Origin: Acidobacteriota bacterium | GTDB lineage: Bacteria; Acidobacteriota; Vicinamibacteria; Vicinamibacterales; 2-12-FULL-66-21 | DNA length: 39,755 nucleotides | NCBI GenBank assembly: GCA_031404215.1 | Contig: JANNHC010000007.1 | Coordinates: 1-39,755, forward strand | Direction: 5' to 3' | Shown here: piece after piece, positions 1 through 8,290 of the stretch | Layout of the letters: each line of letters starts with the position of its first letter | How positions within the stretch are numbered: position 1 is the first letter of the stretch | The notes under the pieces: model-generated | Database searches by the model: none | The model's input: only the letters and a program-made list of their open reading frames with translations | Told to the model about the DNA's origin: nothing | Translations under genes and position numbers: made by a program

Positions 1-333
1 ATCCACTACCGCATTGAGCGTATAGCGGACATCGTTATTTGTAAAACGTATCACCTTATATCCCAGGTATTCCAAAAATTCGGTTCGCGCGGCATCGTAT
101 TCCATTTGGTCAGCCTCAAGATGCGATTCGCCATCAAGCTCAATGCATAACTTTACCTGCGCACAATAGAAATCGATAATAAAACGATTGATCGGATGCT
201 GGCGGCGGAATTTATATCCGAGATTGCGGTTACGAATGGCGCGCCAAAGTGTGGTTTCGGCAGGCGTTTGCGGATGCCGCATTTCTCTTGCGCGTTTCAA
301 AATGATTGGATGAATACGATAACGTGTTTCCAT
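1..333 (-). CDS. DUF559 (Vsr-like, PD-(D/E)xK fold) endonuclease-domain protein; C-terminus runs off the window start
   Basis: Absent from the ORF track because no stop lies inside the window. My translation of the minus strand from ATG at 333-331 gives METRYRIHPIILKRAREMRHPQTPAETTLWRAIRNRNLGYKFRRQHPINRFIIDFYCAQVKLCIELDGESHLEADQMEYDAARTEFLEYLGYKVIRFTNNDVRYTLNAVVD. This carries the DUF559 hallmarks LW..R...L.YKFRRQ.PI..FI.DFYC...L.IELDG..H...D..R...L...G..V.RF.N.DV. Composition is visibly much more AT-rich than the rest of the window. Confidence 0.75.
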   Translation of the reverse strand, partial: METRYRIHPIILKRAREMRHPQTPAETTLWRAIRNRNLGYKFRRQHPINRFIIDFYCAQVKLCIELDGESHLEADQMEYDAARTEFLEYLGYKVIRFTNNDVRYTLNAVVD

Positions 334-455
334 AATGTTTCAAGGTATTCCTCTCCCCAGCGGGGAAGCACCTAAAGGGGTGCTCACCTGAAATGCACTA
401 CGCCCTTCGGGCAGGCAGTGCGGTGCAAGTGTCGCGAAGGGCAGGGTGCTCCTAC
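334..455. repeat. Hairpin-rich REP-like block between the DUF559 start and the rpoN remnant
   Basis: Contains CTCTCCCC-AGC-GGGGA(A)G, AGCACC-TAAAG-GGTGCT and GCACT..GCCC-TTCG-GGC..AGTGC stem-loops, and ends in GAAGGGCAGGGTGCTCCTAC. This resembles GAAGGGCTGCGCCTAC at 8281-8296. Confidence 0.4.
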
Positions 456-656
456 GGCGAGAGCGTGTCGTCGGTCACGATCAAGCAGCGGATCCGCAAG
501 ATTATCGAGAACGAGGATCCGCGCAAGCCGCTGAGCGACTCGAAGATCGTCAGCATCCTGCAGAAGGAGGGGCTGATGCTCGCACGGCGCACGATTGCCA
601 AGTACCGCGAGGAGCTGAAAATCTCGACGTCCAACCAGAGAAAAGTACTTTTTTAG
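456..656 (+). pseudogene. rpoN: C-terminal remnant of RNA polymerase sigma-54 (segment containing the RpoN box only)
   Basis: GESVSSVTIKQRIRKIIENEDPRKPLSDSKIVSILQKEGLMLARRTIAKYREELKISTSNQRKVLF matches the extreme C-terminus of RpoN (RpoN box ARRT[VI]AKYRE). The frame closes at a TAA at 333-335. No sigma-54-like sequence occurs upstream in any + frame. It sits in the canonical position before hpf. Confidence 0.6.
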
Positions 657-678
657 CCCGGAGCTGGCAGCTTTCGAT

Positions 679-1209
679 ATGAGACTCGACATAACCGGCC
701 GGCACGTGGAGATCACCGCTCCCGTCCGGCAGTTGATCGCGAAACGGCTCGCCCGCCTCGAACGTCTGCTCAACGACGCCGCGGTTTCCGCCATCATCAC
801 GCTGACCAAGGAGAAGTTCCGGCTGCGCACCGAGATTGCCGTCCACACCCGTGGCGATCACGTGCTACGCGGCAACGGCGAGGGCACCGTGTGGGCGATT
901 TCGGTGCGGCAGGCGACCGAAAAAATCGAGCAACAGGCGCAGAAACTGAAAGGGAAGTGGGAAGGCCGCAAGCGCGCTGCGGCCGGAGCGCGCGTCGTGC
1001 GAGGGGCTGCGGCGGTTGACACCGTGCCCGTGCCGCGCATCGTGCGGGCGACACGCTACGCCGTGAAGCCGATGTCGCTCGAGGATGCGGCGCTCAGAGT
1101 GGACGGGGCCGGCGATTCGTTCGTGGTCTTTCGCAACGCGGAGACCGACGCCGTGAGCATCCTGTATCGCCGCAAGGACGGCAACCTCGGGTTGATCGAG
1201 CCGGATTGA
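679..1209 (+). CDS. hpf: Ribosome hibernation promoting factor, long form (sigma-54 modulation protein family)
   Basis: MRLDITGRHVEIT..., with C-terminal dimerisation domain IVRATRYAVKPMSLEDAALRVDGAGDSFVVFRNAETDAVSILYRRKDGNLGLIEP. Lies in the conserved position downstream of rpoN. Confidence 0.92.
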   Translation: MRLDITGRHVEITAPVRQLIAKRLARLERLLNDAAVSAIITLTKEKFRLRTEIAVHTRGDHVLRGNGEGTVWAISVRQATEKIEQQAQKLKGKWEGRKRAAAGARVVRGAAAVDTVPVPRIVRATRYAVKPMSLEDAALRVDGAGDSFVVFRNAETDAVSILYRRKDGNLGLIEPD

Positions 1210-1230
1210 GATCAGCACCGGTCCGCAGCG

Positions 1231-2217
1231 ATGACTGAGACTGCCGAGCCGAGGGGCGTCACCGTTGCGACGGTCCTGCGCGATCTGGCCGATTCCCGCA
1301 CGCTCGATCTCGAGCTCCTCGCCGGCGCAGCCGGTCTCGAGCGGCGCATCACGATCCCCCACACCCAGAAGACCGGCCTCGCGCTCTCAGGTTTCGACGC
1401 GTACCTGCGTCCTGGCCGGGTCCTCGTGTTTGGACTAAGCGAAGTGCGGTACCTCGAAACGCTCACCGCCGCCGAGCGTGGCGAGGCGTTGCGCCGCGTG
1501 TTCAGCCACGAGCTGCCGTGCCTGCTCGTCACGGGCGGCGCGACCCCGCCGCCGGAAACCGTCGCGGAGGCCGATCGCGCGGGCGTCCCCCTTCTGCGCT
1601 CGCGCGCGGCGACCCCGGAGGCGATGTCGCGCCTGGCCGCGGTGCTCGACACGTACCTGGCGGCCCGCGGCGTGGTGCACGGCGTGCTGATGGACATCCT
1701 CGGGCTCGGCGTGCTCGTCATCGGCGAAAGCGGAATCGGCAAGAGCGAATGCGCGCTCGACCTCGTCGTCCGCGGGCACCGCCTCGTCGCGGACGACGCG
1801 GTGGAATTGCGATGCCGCGCGCAGTCGTTCCTGATCGGCACGTGTCCGGAGCTGACGCGGCATCACATGGAAATCCGCGGACTGGGCCTGATCAACGTCC
1901 AGGATCTCTTTGGCGTCGCGTCCACGCGGCCGTCGAAGCGCGTGGAACTGGTCGTGCAACTGGAACGCTGGGAGCACGGCCGGGAGTATGATCGCCTCGG
2001 CCTCGACGACGAATTCTATGAGGCGCTTGGTGCGAGGATTCCCATGATCCGGATGCCGGTCGCCCCCGGGCGCAACGTCGCGATCCTGGTGGAGGTCGCC
2101 GCGCGCAACCAGTTGCTGCGCGCCCGCGGCCATCACGCCGCGCGGCGGCTGGTCACCCGCCTGAACGAGCGGCTCGCCGGCCAGCCGGCGGACATCGACG
2201 GGGGCGAAGACCTCTGA
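1231..2217 (+). CDS. hprK: HPr kinase/phosphorylase
   Basis: Walker A GESGIGKSECALDLV, followed by GHRLVADD and the EIRGLGLINV signature. 328 aa. Confidence 0.92.
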   Translation: MTETAEPRGVTVATVLRDLADSRTLDLELLAGAAGLERRITIPHTQKTGLALSGFDAYLRPGRVLVFGLSEVRYLETLTAAERGEALRRVFSHELPCLLVTGGATPPPETVAEADRAGVPLLRSRAATPEAMSRLAAVLDTYLAARGVVHGVLMDILGLGVLVIGESGIGKSECALDLVVRGHRLVADDAVELRCRAQSFLIGTCPELTRHHMEIRGLGLINVQDLFGVASTRPSKRVELVVQLERWEHGREYDRLGLDDEFYEALGARIPMIRMPVAPGRNVAILVEVAARNQLLRARGHHAARRLVTRLNERLAGQPADIDGGEDL

Positions 2218-3131
2218 TGCGCGAGAAGCGTCACGCGGCGAGGCGCGCCGCGCGGACCGCGGTCACCTCCCGGTTCGTCGTCCTCACGGGGCTGTCCGGT
2301 TCCGGAAAGTCCCAGGCCATCCGCGCGCTCGAGGACCTGGGGTACTTCTGCGTGGACAATCTGCCGGTCACGCTGCTGCCGATGCTCGCCGAGCTGACGC
2401 TGCGGGCCGGCACCGAGATCTCCCGCGCCGCCGTTGTCGTGGACGTGCGCGAGGGGAAGATGCTGAAGGAGTTCCCCCGGGTGTACCGGCGCCTGAAGGC
2501 GCGCAAGAACCTGAACCCGGCGCTGATTTTTCTCGAAGCTGCGGAGTCGGCGCTGGTGCGGCGGTTCAGCGAAACGCGACGGCCGCATCCGCTCTCGCCC
2601 GACCGGTCGGCCATCGAGGGCATCCGCGAAGAACGCGAGGCGATGCGCGCCATTCGCAAGCTGGCCGACCACGTGGTGGATACCTCGGAGATGACGGTGC
2701 ACGAGCTGCGGCACGTGTTCACCGGCGTCGCGGCCGGCGGCTCGCCCGGTGCGCAGCTGGTCGTCACGATCCTGAGCTTCGGGTTCAAGCACGGAATTCC
2801 CGTCGATTCGGACTTGTTGTTCGACGTCCGGTTCCTGCCGAATCCGCACTTCGTGCCCTCGCTCCGGCCGTTCACGGGCCGCGACCCGGAGGTCGTGCGC
2901 TACCTGGATCGATCCGCCGCCACGCACGAGTTTCTCGACCACACGCTGAACCTGCTCAAGTTCCTGGTTCCCCAGTACGTGCACGAAGGAAAAACGTACC
3001 TCACGATCGGCATCGGCTGCACCGGCGGCCGGCATCGGTCCGTCGCCATCGCCGAGGCGCTCAGGAAAGGGTTGTCGGGGATTCCCGGCGTCCGTTTGCG
3101 GGTGAAGCACCGCGATATTGCGAATGAGTGA
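2217..3131 (+). CDS. rapZ: RNase adapter protein RapZ (YhbJ family P-loop protein)
   Basis: VVLTGLSGSGKSQAIRALEDLGYFCVDNLP, plus C-terminal GIGCTGGRHRSV. The start overlaps the hprK stop (TGATG). Confidence 0.92.
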   Translation: MREKRHAARRAARTAVTSRFVVLTGLSGSGKSQAIRALEDLGYFCVDNLPVTLLPMLAELTLRAGTEISRAAVVVDVREGKMLKEFPRVYRRLKARKNLNPALIFLEAAESALVRRFSETRRPHPLSPDRSAIEGIREEREAMRAIRKLADHVVDTSEMTVHELRHVFTGVAAGGSPGAQLVVTILSFGFKHGIPVDSDLLFDVRFLPNPHFVPSLRPFTGRDPEVVRYLDRSAATHEFLDHTLNLLKFLVPQYVHEGKTYLTIGIGCTGGRHRSVAIAEALRKGLSGIPGVRLRVKHRDIANE

Positions 3132-3202
3132 CTCTGGTGAGACCGGGTCGGTTGTAGGTTTCGGGTTTTCGGTATTAGGTGCTGTTTCAGTTTCAGGTTG
3201 CC

Positions 3203-3634
3203 ATGAAACTCGGGATCGTCGTCGTGACGCACGGACAGCTGGCCACCGAGCTGGTGAACTCCGCGGAGATGATCGTCGGGGATCTGCCGCATTTCGCGGC
3301 GGTGTCGATCGGATGGCACGAGGATGTCGACCATGCGCGCGAGGGGATCGGCGCCGCGATCGCGCGCGTGTGGGAGTCGTCGGGGGGCACCGACGACGGG
3401 CCGTCGGATGTGCTGGTCCTGACCGATATGTTCGGCGGCACCCCGGCGAATCTCGCGGTCACCTTCGTCAGCGCGCACGTGGAAGTCATCACCGGCGTCA
3501 ACCTGCCCATGCTCCTCAAGCTCGCGCGGCCGCAGAAGGCGGCGGATCTCGGGTCGCTGGCGCGCGAGATGCGGGAACACGGGCGGAACGCCATCTGGGT
3601 CGCCTCAGACCTGCTGAAGGGCGAAAAGGCGTGA
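3203..3634 (+). CDS. PTS EIIA component, mannose/fructose family
   Basis: MKLGIVVVTHGQLATELVNSAEMIVG...VLVLTDMFGGTPANLA...VITGVNLPMLL resembles ManX-IIA, with the phosphorylatable His in THG. I prefer ATG 3203 over the track's GTG 3179. Confidence 0.85.
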   Translation: MKLGIVVVTHGQLATELVNSAEMIVGDLPHFAAVSIGWHEDVDHAREGIGAAIARVWESSGGTDDGPSDVLVLTDMFGGTPANLAVTFVSAHVEVITGVNLPMLLKLARPQKAADLGSLAREMREHGRNAIWVASDLLKGEKA

Positions 3635-3906
3635 CGCGCTGCGCCGTCACCATCCTGAACCCCCTCGGGCTTCACGCGCGTGCCGCGGCGCGGTTCGTCC
3701 ACGCCGCGAGCGGTTTTTCCTGCCGGATCCGCGTCAGACGCGGCGGACGCGAGGTGGACGGCAAGAGCATCATGGGCCTGCTGCTCCTGGCCGCGGCGCG
3801 TGGGAACGAGATCGCGATCACGGCCGATGGTCCCGACGAGGAGGCCGCGGTGGCTGCGCTCTGCGCGCTCATCGAGCGCGGCCTGGACGAGGCGCCATGC
3901 GCCTGA
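3631..3906 (+). CDS. ptsH: Phosphocarrier protein HPr
   Basis: This is the last 91 codons of the 3118..3906 frame. GTG 3631 overlaps the EIIA stop (GTGA). It has the His15 motif LGLHARAAARF and the Ser46 motif GKSIMGLL. Confidence 0.88.
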   Translation: MTRCAVTILNPLGLHARAAARFVHAASGFSCRIRVRRGGREVDGKSIMGLLLLAAARGNEIAITADGPDEEAAVAALCALIERGLDEAPCA

Positions 3907-5654
3907 TCGGACTCGGCGTGTCGCCCGGCATCGGGATCGGCAAGGCGCTCGTCCTCAAGCGGGGCGCGCGCGATTTGCGGTTCCGGATTGCTCCCGGCCG
4001 CGTGGGCCGCGAGCTCGATCGGCTCACCCAGGCGCGCGAGCGGTCACGCACCCAGTTGCAGCAAATCCGCCAGCGCATCGCCATCTCGGCCGGCGCCGAC
4101 CACGCGTACCTCTTCGATGCGCAGCTCCTCATGCTGGACGACGCGATGCTCGTCGAGCGGGCGGCGGACATCATTCGCACCGAGCGGCTGAACGCCGGCT
4201 CGGCCCTGGAGCGCGCGCTCGCCGAGATCTCCGCGCTGTTCGATCAGGGAGAGGACGCGTATCTACGGGAGCGTCAGGGAGATGTCGGCGACGTCGTCGG
4301 GCGCTTGTGCATGAATCTGCGTGCCGACGGCGATCCGCTCGAGGTCTTCAAGGACCTTGAAGGACCACTCGTCCTGGTCGCCGACGAGCTGACACCCTCG
4401 GTGATCGCGCAACTCGACTGGCAGCGCTTTGCCGCCTTCGTCACCGACGCCGGAAGCTGGACGTATCACACGGCCATCCTTGCGAGGTCCATACGCGTTC
4501 CGGCCGTCGCCGGCCTGCGCGATGCGACCAGCCTGATCGCGCCTGGCGCCCTGCTGGCCGTGGACGGCGCCACGGGCGAGGTGTTCGTGGACCCCGATCC
4601 CGCCGCCCTCGAGCACGTCCGAGGCCGGCAGCAGCGCCGGCAGATCTACGAGCAGTCGCTCGACGAATACCGGCGGCTGCCGCCCGTCACCGAGGACGGC
4701 GTGCAAATCCGACTCGAGGCCAACATCGAGTCGCCAGACGACGCCGTGCGGGCCCGCGAAGCGGGCGCGGACGGCATCGGACTGTTCCGATCGGAGTTCC
4801 TCCTCGCGTGGGGCGGGTACGCCGCACTGACCGAGGAGGCGCAGTTCGAGGCCTACCGGCGCCTCGTGGACAGCATGGCCCCCGGGCGCGTCACGATCCG
4901 CACGTTCGACGTCAGCGAATCCCAGCTGCCGCTGGAGCGCCCGGGTAGCGACAGCGCCCGGGCCCCTCTCGGGCTGCGGGGCGTCCGCCTCAGCCTTGCG
5001 ATGGACGACCTGTTCCAGTCGCAGCTGCTGGCGCTTCTACGCGCCGCGGCGCACGGCCCGCTCCGCATCATGTTCCCGTTTGTTTCAGGGGTGGAGGAAC
5101 TGCGCGACGCGCGCGCGGCGGTGATCCGGGCCGCCGAGACGCTGCGGAGCCGCGGCGAGACGGTGCCGCCGGTCCCCATCGGCGTGATGATCGAAGTGCC
5201 CTCGGCGGCGCTCACGGCCGATCTGCTGGCGGAGCACGCCGACTTCTTCAGCATCGGGACCAACGATTTGATTCAGTACTGCCTCGCCGTGGATCGCACG
5301 GACGACCGGGTGTCGAGCCTGTACGAACCGCTGCATCCGGCGATCGTCCGCATGCTGCGAATGGTCGCCCGCGCGGCGAAGCGACGCGGCATTCCCGTAT
5401 CGGTGTGCGGCGAGATGGCTGCCGACCCCCTCGTGCTGCCGCTGCTCGTCGGCCTCGGACTGACGGAGTTCAGCATGGCGCCGACAGCCATTCCGCTGGC
5501 GAAGCAGGCCATTCGCAGCGTGCGCGCGCGCGACGCCCTGAGCGTGGCCGCCCGCGCGGTCCGCGCGCGCACGGCGGCGGAGGTTGAACAATTGCTCATC
5601 AATTTCCGGTCGCCTGGTGCGCGCACGCCGGAAAAACAGAATGTCGAACGCTGA
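3897..5654 (+). CDS. ptsI: Phosphoenolpyruvate-protein phosphotransferase (PTS Enzyme I)
   Basis: 585 aa. Motifs: GSWTYHTAILARSIRVPAV (active-site His region), GIGLFRSEFL, FFSIGTNDLIQY. Confidence 0.93.
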   Translation: MRLIGLGVSPGIGIGKALVLKRGARDLRFRIAPGRVGRELDRLTQARERSRTQLQQIRQRIAISAGADHAYLFDAQLLMLDDAMLVERAADIIRTERLNAGSALERALAEISALFDQGEDAYLRERQGDVGDVVGRLCMNLRADGDPLEVFKDLEGPLVLVADELTPSVIAQLDWQRFAAFVTDAGSWTYHTAILARSIRVPAVAGLRDATSLIAPGALLAVDGATGEVFVDPDPAALEHVRGRQQRRQIYEQSLDEYRRLPPVTEDGVQIRLEANIESPDDAVRAREAGADGIGLFRSEFLLAWGGYAALTEEAQFEAYRRLVDSMAPGRVTIRTFDVSESQLPLERPGSDSARAPLGLRGVRLSLAMDDLFQSQLLALLRAAAHGPLRIMFPFVSGVEELRDARAAVIRAAETLRSRGETVPPVPIGVMIEVPSAALTADLLAEHADFFSIGTNDLIQYCLAVDRTDDRVSSLYEPLHPAIVRMLRMVARAAKRRGIPVSVCGEMAADPLVLPLLVGLGLTEFSMAPTAIPLAKQAIRSVRARDALSVAARAVRARTAAEVEQLLINFRSPGARTPEKQNVER

Positions 5655-5687
5655 GAGTCGTACCCTGCTTTCAACGAAGGAGACCAT

Positions 5688-6041
5688 GTGTCGGATCAGG
5701 TAACGCGGGTGGACAAGCCGTGGGGCTACGAGCTGCATTGGGCGAAGACGGAGCGCTATGTCGGCAAGGTGATTCATATCACGGCCGGGCACGCCCTCAG
5801 CCTGCAGTACCACAATCAGAAGGACGAGACGATCTATCTCGCCTCTGGACGGATGCTGTTCGAGATCAAGGAAGGCGAGGCGCTCGTCGCGCGCGAGATG
5901 AAGCCAGGAGAGGCGGTCCACGTCACGCCGAAGACCGTTCATCGGATGACGGCGATCACCGACTGCGATGTCTTCGAAGTCTCGACGCCTGAACTGCACG
6001 ACGTCGTGCGGCTGGAAGATCGGTACGGGCGGACGACGTAA
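5688..6041 (+). CDS. Cupin-domain protein (type II mannose-6-phosphate isomerase-like C-terminal cupin)
   Basis: [42 protein letters not shown]...HRM. GTG start is preceded by GAAGGAG. Confidence 0.8.
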   Translation: MSDQVTRVDKPWGYELHWAKTERYVGKVIHITAGHALSLQYHNQKDETIYLASGRMLFEIKEGEALVAREMKPGEAVHVTPKTVHRMTAITDCDVFEVSTPELHDVVRLEDRYGRTT

Positions 6042-6262
6042 TTGAATCAGGGAGGCCAGGGGGATCGCGAAGGAAGAGAACCACCGGGATACTGCCGGCG
6101 TTGTGTCCGCGTCTCCGTGGTTGCATTTTCTCCGCGATCTCGCTCGCGGCTGCGCGCGCAGAAGCTGCAACATATTTCGGCATTGACGCGAAAAGCCCGG
6201 CACCACAGAATGGCTGGGCTCTTGCTACATGTGCGATCGGCGGTCGAGAAAGGATTGTGGGA

Positions 6263-6697
6263 ATGGGCAGTGTGAATAAGGTCATCCTCGTGGGGAATCT
6301 CGGGCGTGATGCCGAGTTGCGATACACGCCAGGAGGCTCTCCCGTGGCGACGTTGAACCTCGCGACAACCGAAATCTGGAACGATAAAGCGGGGCAGCGC
6401 CAGGAGAAAACCGAGTGGCACCGCATCGTCCTCTGGGGGAAGACGGCCGAAAGCCTCAACGAATACCTGACGAAGGGGAAGCAGATCTACGTCGAGGGGC
6501 GCCTGCAGACGCGGCAGTGGGACGACAAGGACGGCAACAAGCGCTACACGACCGAGATCCGCGGCGATCGGATTGTGCTCCTTGGCGGAGGCGGAGGCGG
6601 CGGCGCCCGGCCGCAGACCCGCGGCGCGTCCGCCCCCTCGGAAGAACCGATGGGCGAGCCCGTCTCAGAACTGACAGACGACGATATTCCTTTTTAG
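6263..6697 (+). CDS. ssb: Single-stranded DNA-binding protein
   Basis: [25 protein letters not shown]...[11 protein letters not shown]...[11 protein letters not shown], then a Gly-rich linker and the acidic tail DDDIPF. ATG 6263 is preferred over the track start 6101. Confidence 0.93.
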   Translation: MGSVNKVILVGNLGRDAELRYTPGGSPVATLNLATTEIWNDKAGQRQEKTEWHRIVLWGKTAESLNEYLTKGKQIYVEGRLQTRQWDDKDGNKRYTTEIRGDRIVLLGGGGGGGARPQTRGASAPSEEPMGEPVSELTDDDIPF

Positions 6698-6702
6698 AAC
6701 CA

Positions 6703-7575
6703 CTATTTCCCTTTCAGCCCATCAAGCCGCTGCTTCGCGAGAATGGCTTCGTAGGCGGTCGGGTACTTCTGAATCACGGTTTCGAACGCCTTGCGCGCGA
6801 GATCCAACTGGCGCAGTTCGGTGTAGGCGAGCCCCATCTTGTAGTAGGCGATGGGGACGCTGTCGGACTGCGCGTAGTTCGTGATTACTTTCTGAAACGC
6901 TTCGACCGCCTCCCGGTACCTGCCGCCGCCGGGTGACGAGTAATACGCATTCCCGATATTCAGCTGCGCATCGTCTGCCTTGTCGGAGCGCGGGAAGCTC
7001 GAGATGAACGCGTTGAACCCGTTAATCGCGAGATCATACTGGCCGGCGGTGTAGTCGCTGTACGCGTTGTCGAACATCCGCTGCGGCGAAATGAGCGGGG
7101 CGGGACCGGCCGAGGACACGGGCGGCGCCGTCGCGGCGCCGGGCTGGGCGGCGCCGGGTTCGGGCCCGGGAGCGGCAGGATCCTGCCCTGGCCCGGCCGC
7201 GGCCGTAGAGGACGGAATCGATGCCAGGGCCTGGCGGACGGCTTCGAGCTCCTGCGACACCGTCGAGAGCCGCACGTTCGTGTCGTCCGCTTTTTCGCGC
7301 AGCACGCGCACGCCTTCAGCCACGCTGTCGATGAGCAGCTTCTGATCGGCAAACGCCTTCCGATCCGCGCCGGTCTGGTCGTCGAGCTTCGATGTGACGA
7401 CCTTCAACGTGTCCGCCAGCCCGCCCAGCATCTGCTGGAGCTGCTGCTGCTGCTCCTGGAGCATCCGGATTTCCGCCATCAGCTGCTGGTGTACCTTGTC
7501 GGCCGCGTGCGCCGGAGCTGCGCCGGCCACCACCAGCGACAACGCCGCACCTACCGCCCATGCCGTTCGCTTCAT
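6703..7575 (-). CDS. ybgF: Tol-Pal system protein YbgF/CpoB (coiled-coil plus TPR)
   Basis: Signal peptide MKRTAWAVGAALSLVVAGAAPAHA, a Q-rich coiled coil, a Pro-rich linker and C-terminal TPR (YSDYTAGQYDLAINGFNAFISSFP...). It is the last gene of the tol-pal cluster. Confidence 0.85.
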   Translation of the reverse strand: MKRTAWAVGAALSLVVAGAAPAHAADKVHQQLMAEIRMLQEQQQQLQQMLGGLADTLKVVTSKLDDQTGADRKAFADQKLLIDSVAEGVRVLREKADDTNVRLSTVSQELEAVRQALASIPSSTAAAGPGQDPAAPGPEPGAAQPGAATAPPVSSAGPAPLISPQRMFDNAYSDYTAGQYDLAINGFNAFISSFPRSDKADDAQLNIGNAYYSSPGGGRYREAVEAFQKVITNYAQSDSVPIAYYKMGLAYTELRQLDLARKAFETVIQKYPTAYEAILAKQRLDGLKGK

Positions 7576-7668
7576 CGTTCGTTCCTCTCGAGCACGTGGA
7601 CCGTCACAGCCAGAACCTGAAACCTCGAACCCCGACAACCAAAAACCCAAAACCTACAACGTCGCCGG

Positions 7669-8247
7669 CTACTTACTCGTCACGACAAAATGCGCGCGGC
7701 GGTTCTTCGACCACGAGCCTTCGTCGTGGCCCGGCTCGAACGGGAATTCCTTGCCGTAGCTGACTGTGCGCAGGCGATCGGCTGGAATGCCGAGCGACAC
7801 CAGGTAATTGCGTGCCGCGATGGCCCGCCGTTCGCCGAGCGCCAGGTTGTACTCCGCCGTGCCGCGCTCGTCGGAATGGCCTTCGATGGTGACGATCCAT
7901 GCCGGGTATTTTTTCATCAGATCGGCATTCGCGTTGAGCGACTGCTGGCCCACCGCGTCGATCCCGTCCTGGTCGTAGCCATAGAACACCGGTTGGAACG
8001 GTGAATTCCGGTTCAGCGCGTCAATGTCCGTGGTGGACAGCGTGTCGGACACGATCGGCTCCGCGGGCACGGGCACCGGCTCGCGCACCGGCTCGGGCGG
8101 CGCCGGCGGACGGCCCCCCGTGGTCGAACCGGCCGAGGGCGGCGGGGGAGCCGCCGGCCGCGCCACCGGCGGCTTCTTCTTCGCGCATGCACCGACCGCC
8201 ACAAGCGTCATCAGCGCCACTACCAACACAACACGTCTCTGTCTCAT
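7669..8247 (-). CDS. pal: Peptidoglycan-associated lipoprotein Pal (OmpA-family domain)
   Basis: Lipobox LVAVGAC, a Pro-rich linker and an OmpA-like domain: [34 protein letters not shown]. Confidence 0.9.
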   Translation of the reverse strand: MRQRRVVLVVALMTLVAVGACAKKKPPVARPAAPPPPSAGSTTGGRPPAPPEPVREPVPVPAEPIVSDTLSTTDIDALNRNSPFQPVFYGYDQDGIDAVGQQSLNANADLMKKYPAWIVTIEGHSDERGTAEYNLALGERRAIAARNYLVSLGIPADRLRTVSYGKEFPFEPGHDEGSWSKNRRAHFVVTSK

Positions 8248-8272
8248 CGTCTTCTCAGCTCTCTGTCCACGG

Positions 8273-8290
8273 GCAGCCCTGAAGGGCTGC
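8273..8290. repeat. GCAGCCC-TGAA-GGGCTGC hairpin in the tolB-pal spacer, preceded by GTAG on the sense (minus) strand
   Basis: Read directly from the sequence. The minus strand reads GTAGGCGCAGCCCTTCAGGGCTGCCC. Confidence 0.45.

Noticed and set aside
334-455. Possible 3' end of a group II (or group I) intron interrupting rpoN. The block ends in ...CCTAC just before the rpoN homology resumes.
   Set aside because: I could not find a domain V-like 34-nt hairpin (AGC triad, 2-nt bulge, GNRA loop). The only ORF in the insert (DUF559) is on the opposite strand. The terminal sequence instead resembles the REP-like copies elsewhere in the window.
3118-3906. 262-aa ORF spanning the EIIA gene in another frame.
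   Set aside because: Only the last 91 codons (from GTG 3631) look like HPr. The upstream part is R-rich frame noise overlapping the real EIIA(Man) gene.
6042-6262. SOS/LexA box or small ORF upstream of ssb (77-aa ORF 6042..6275), and a LexA box upstream of recN (11900-11950, AGTAC...GTACT).
   Set aside because: No known LexA consensus (CTGT-N8-ACAG, GAAC-N4-GTTC) is present. The small ORF is R-rich with no RBS. The inverted repeat arms are only 5 bp with a 23-nt gap.
7625-7650. GGGGTTCGAGG on the minus strand, resembling a tRNA T-arm (GGTTCGA).
   Set aside because: No acceptor stem, D-arm or anticodon arm can be built around it. It is part of the G/T-rich spacer motif.
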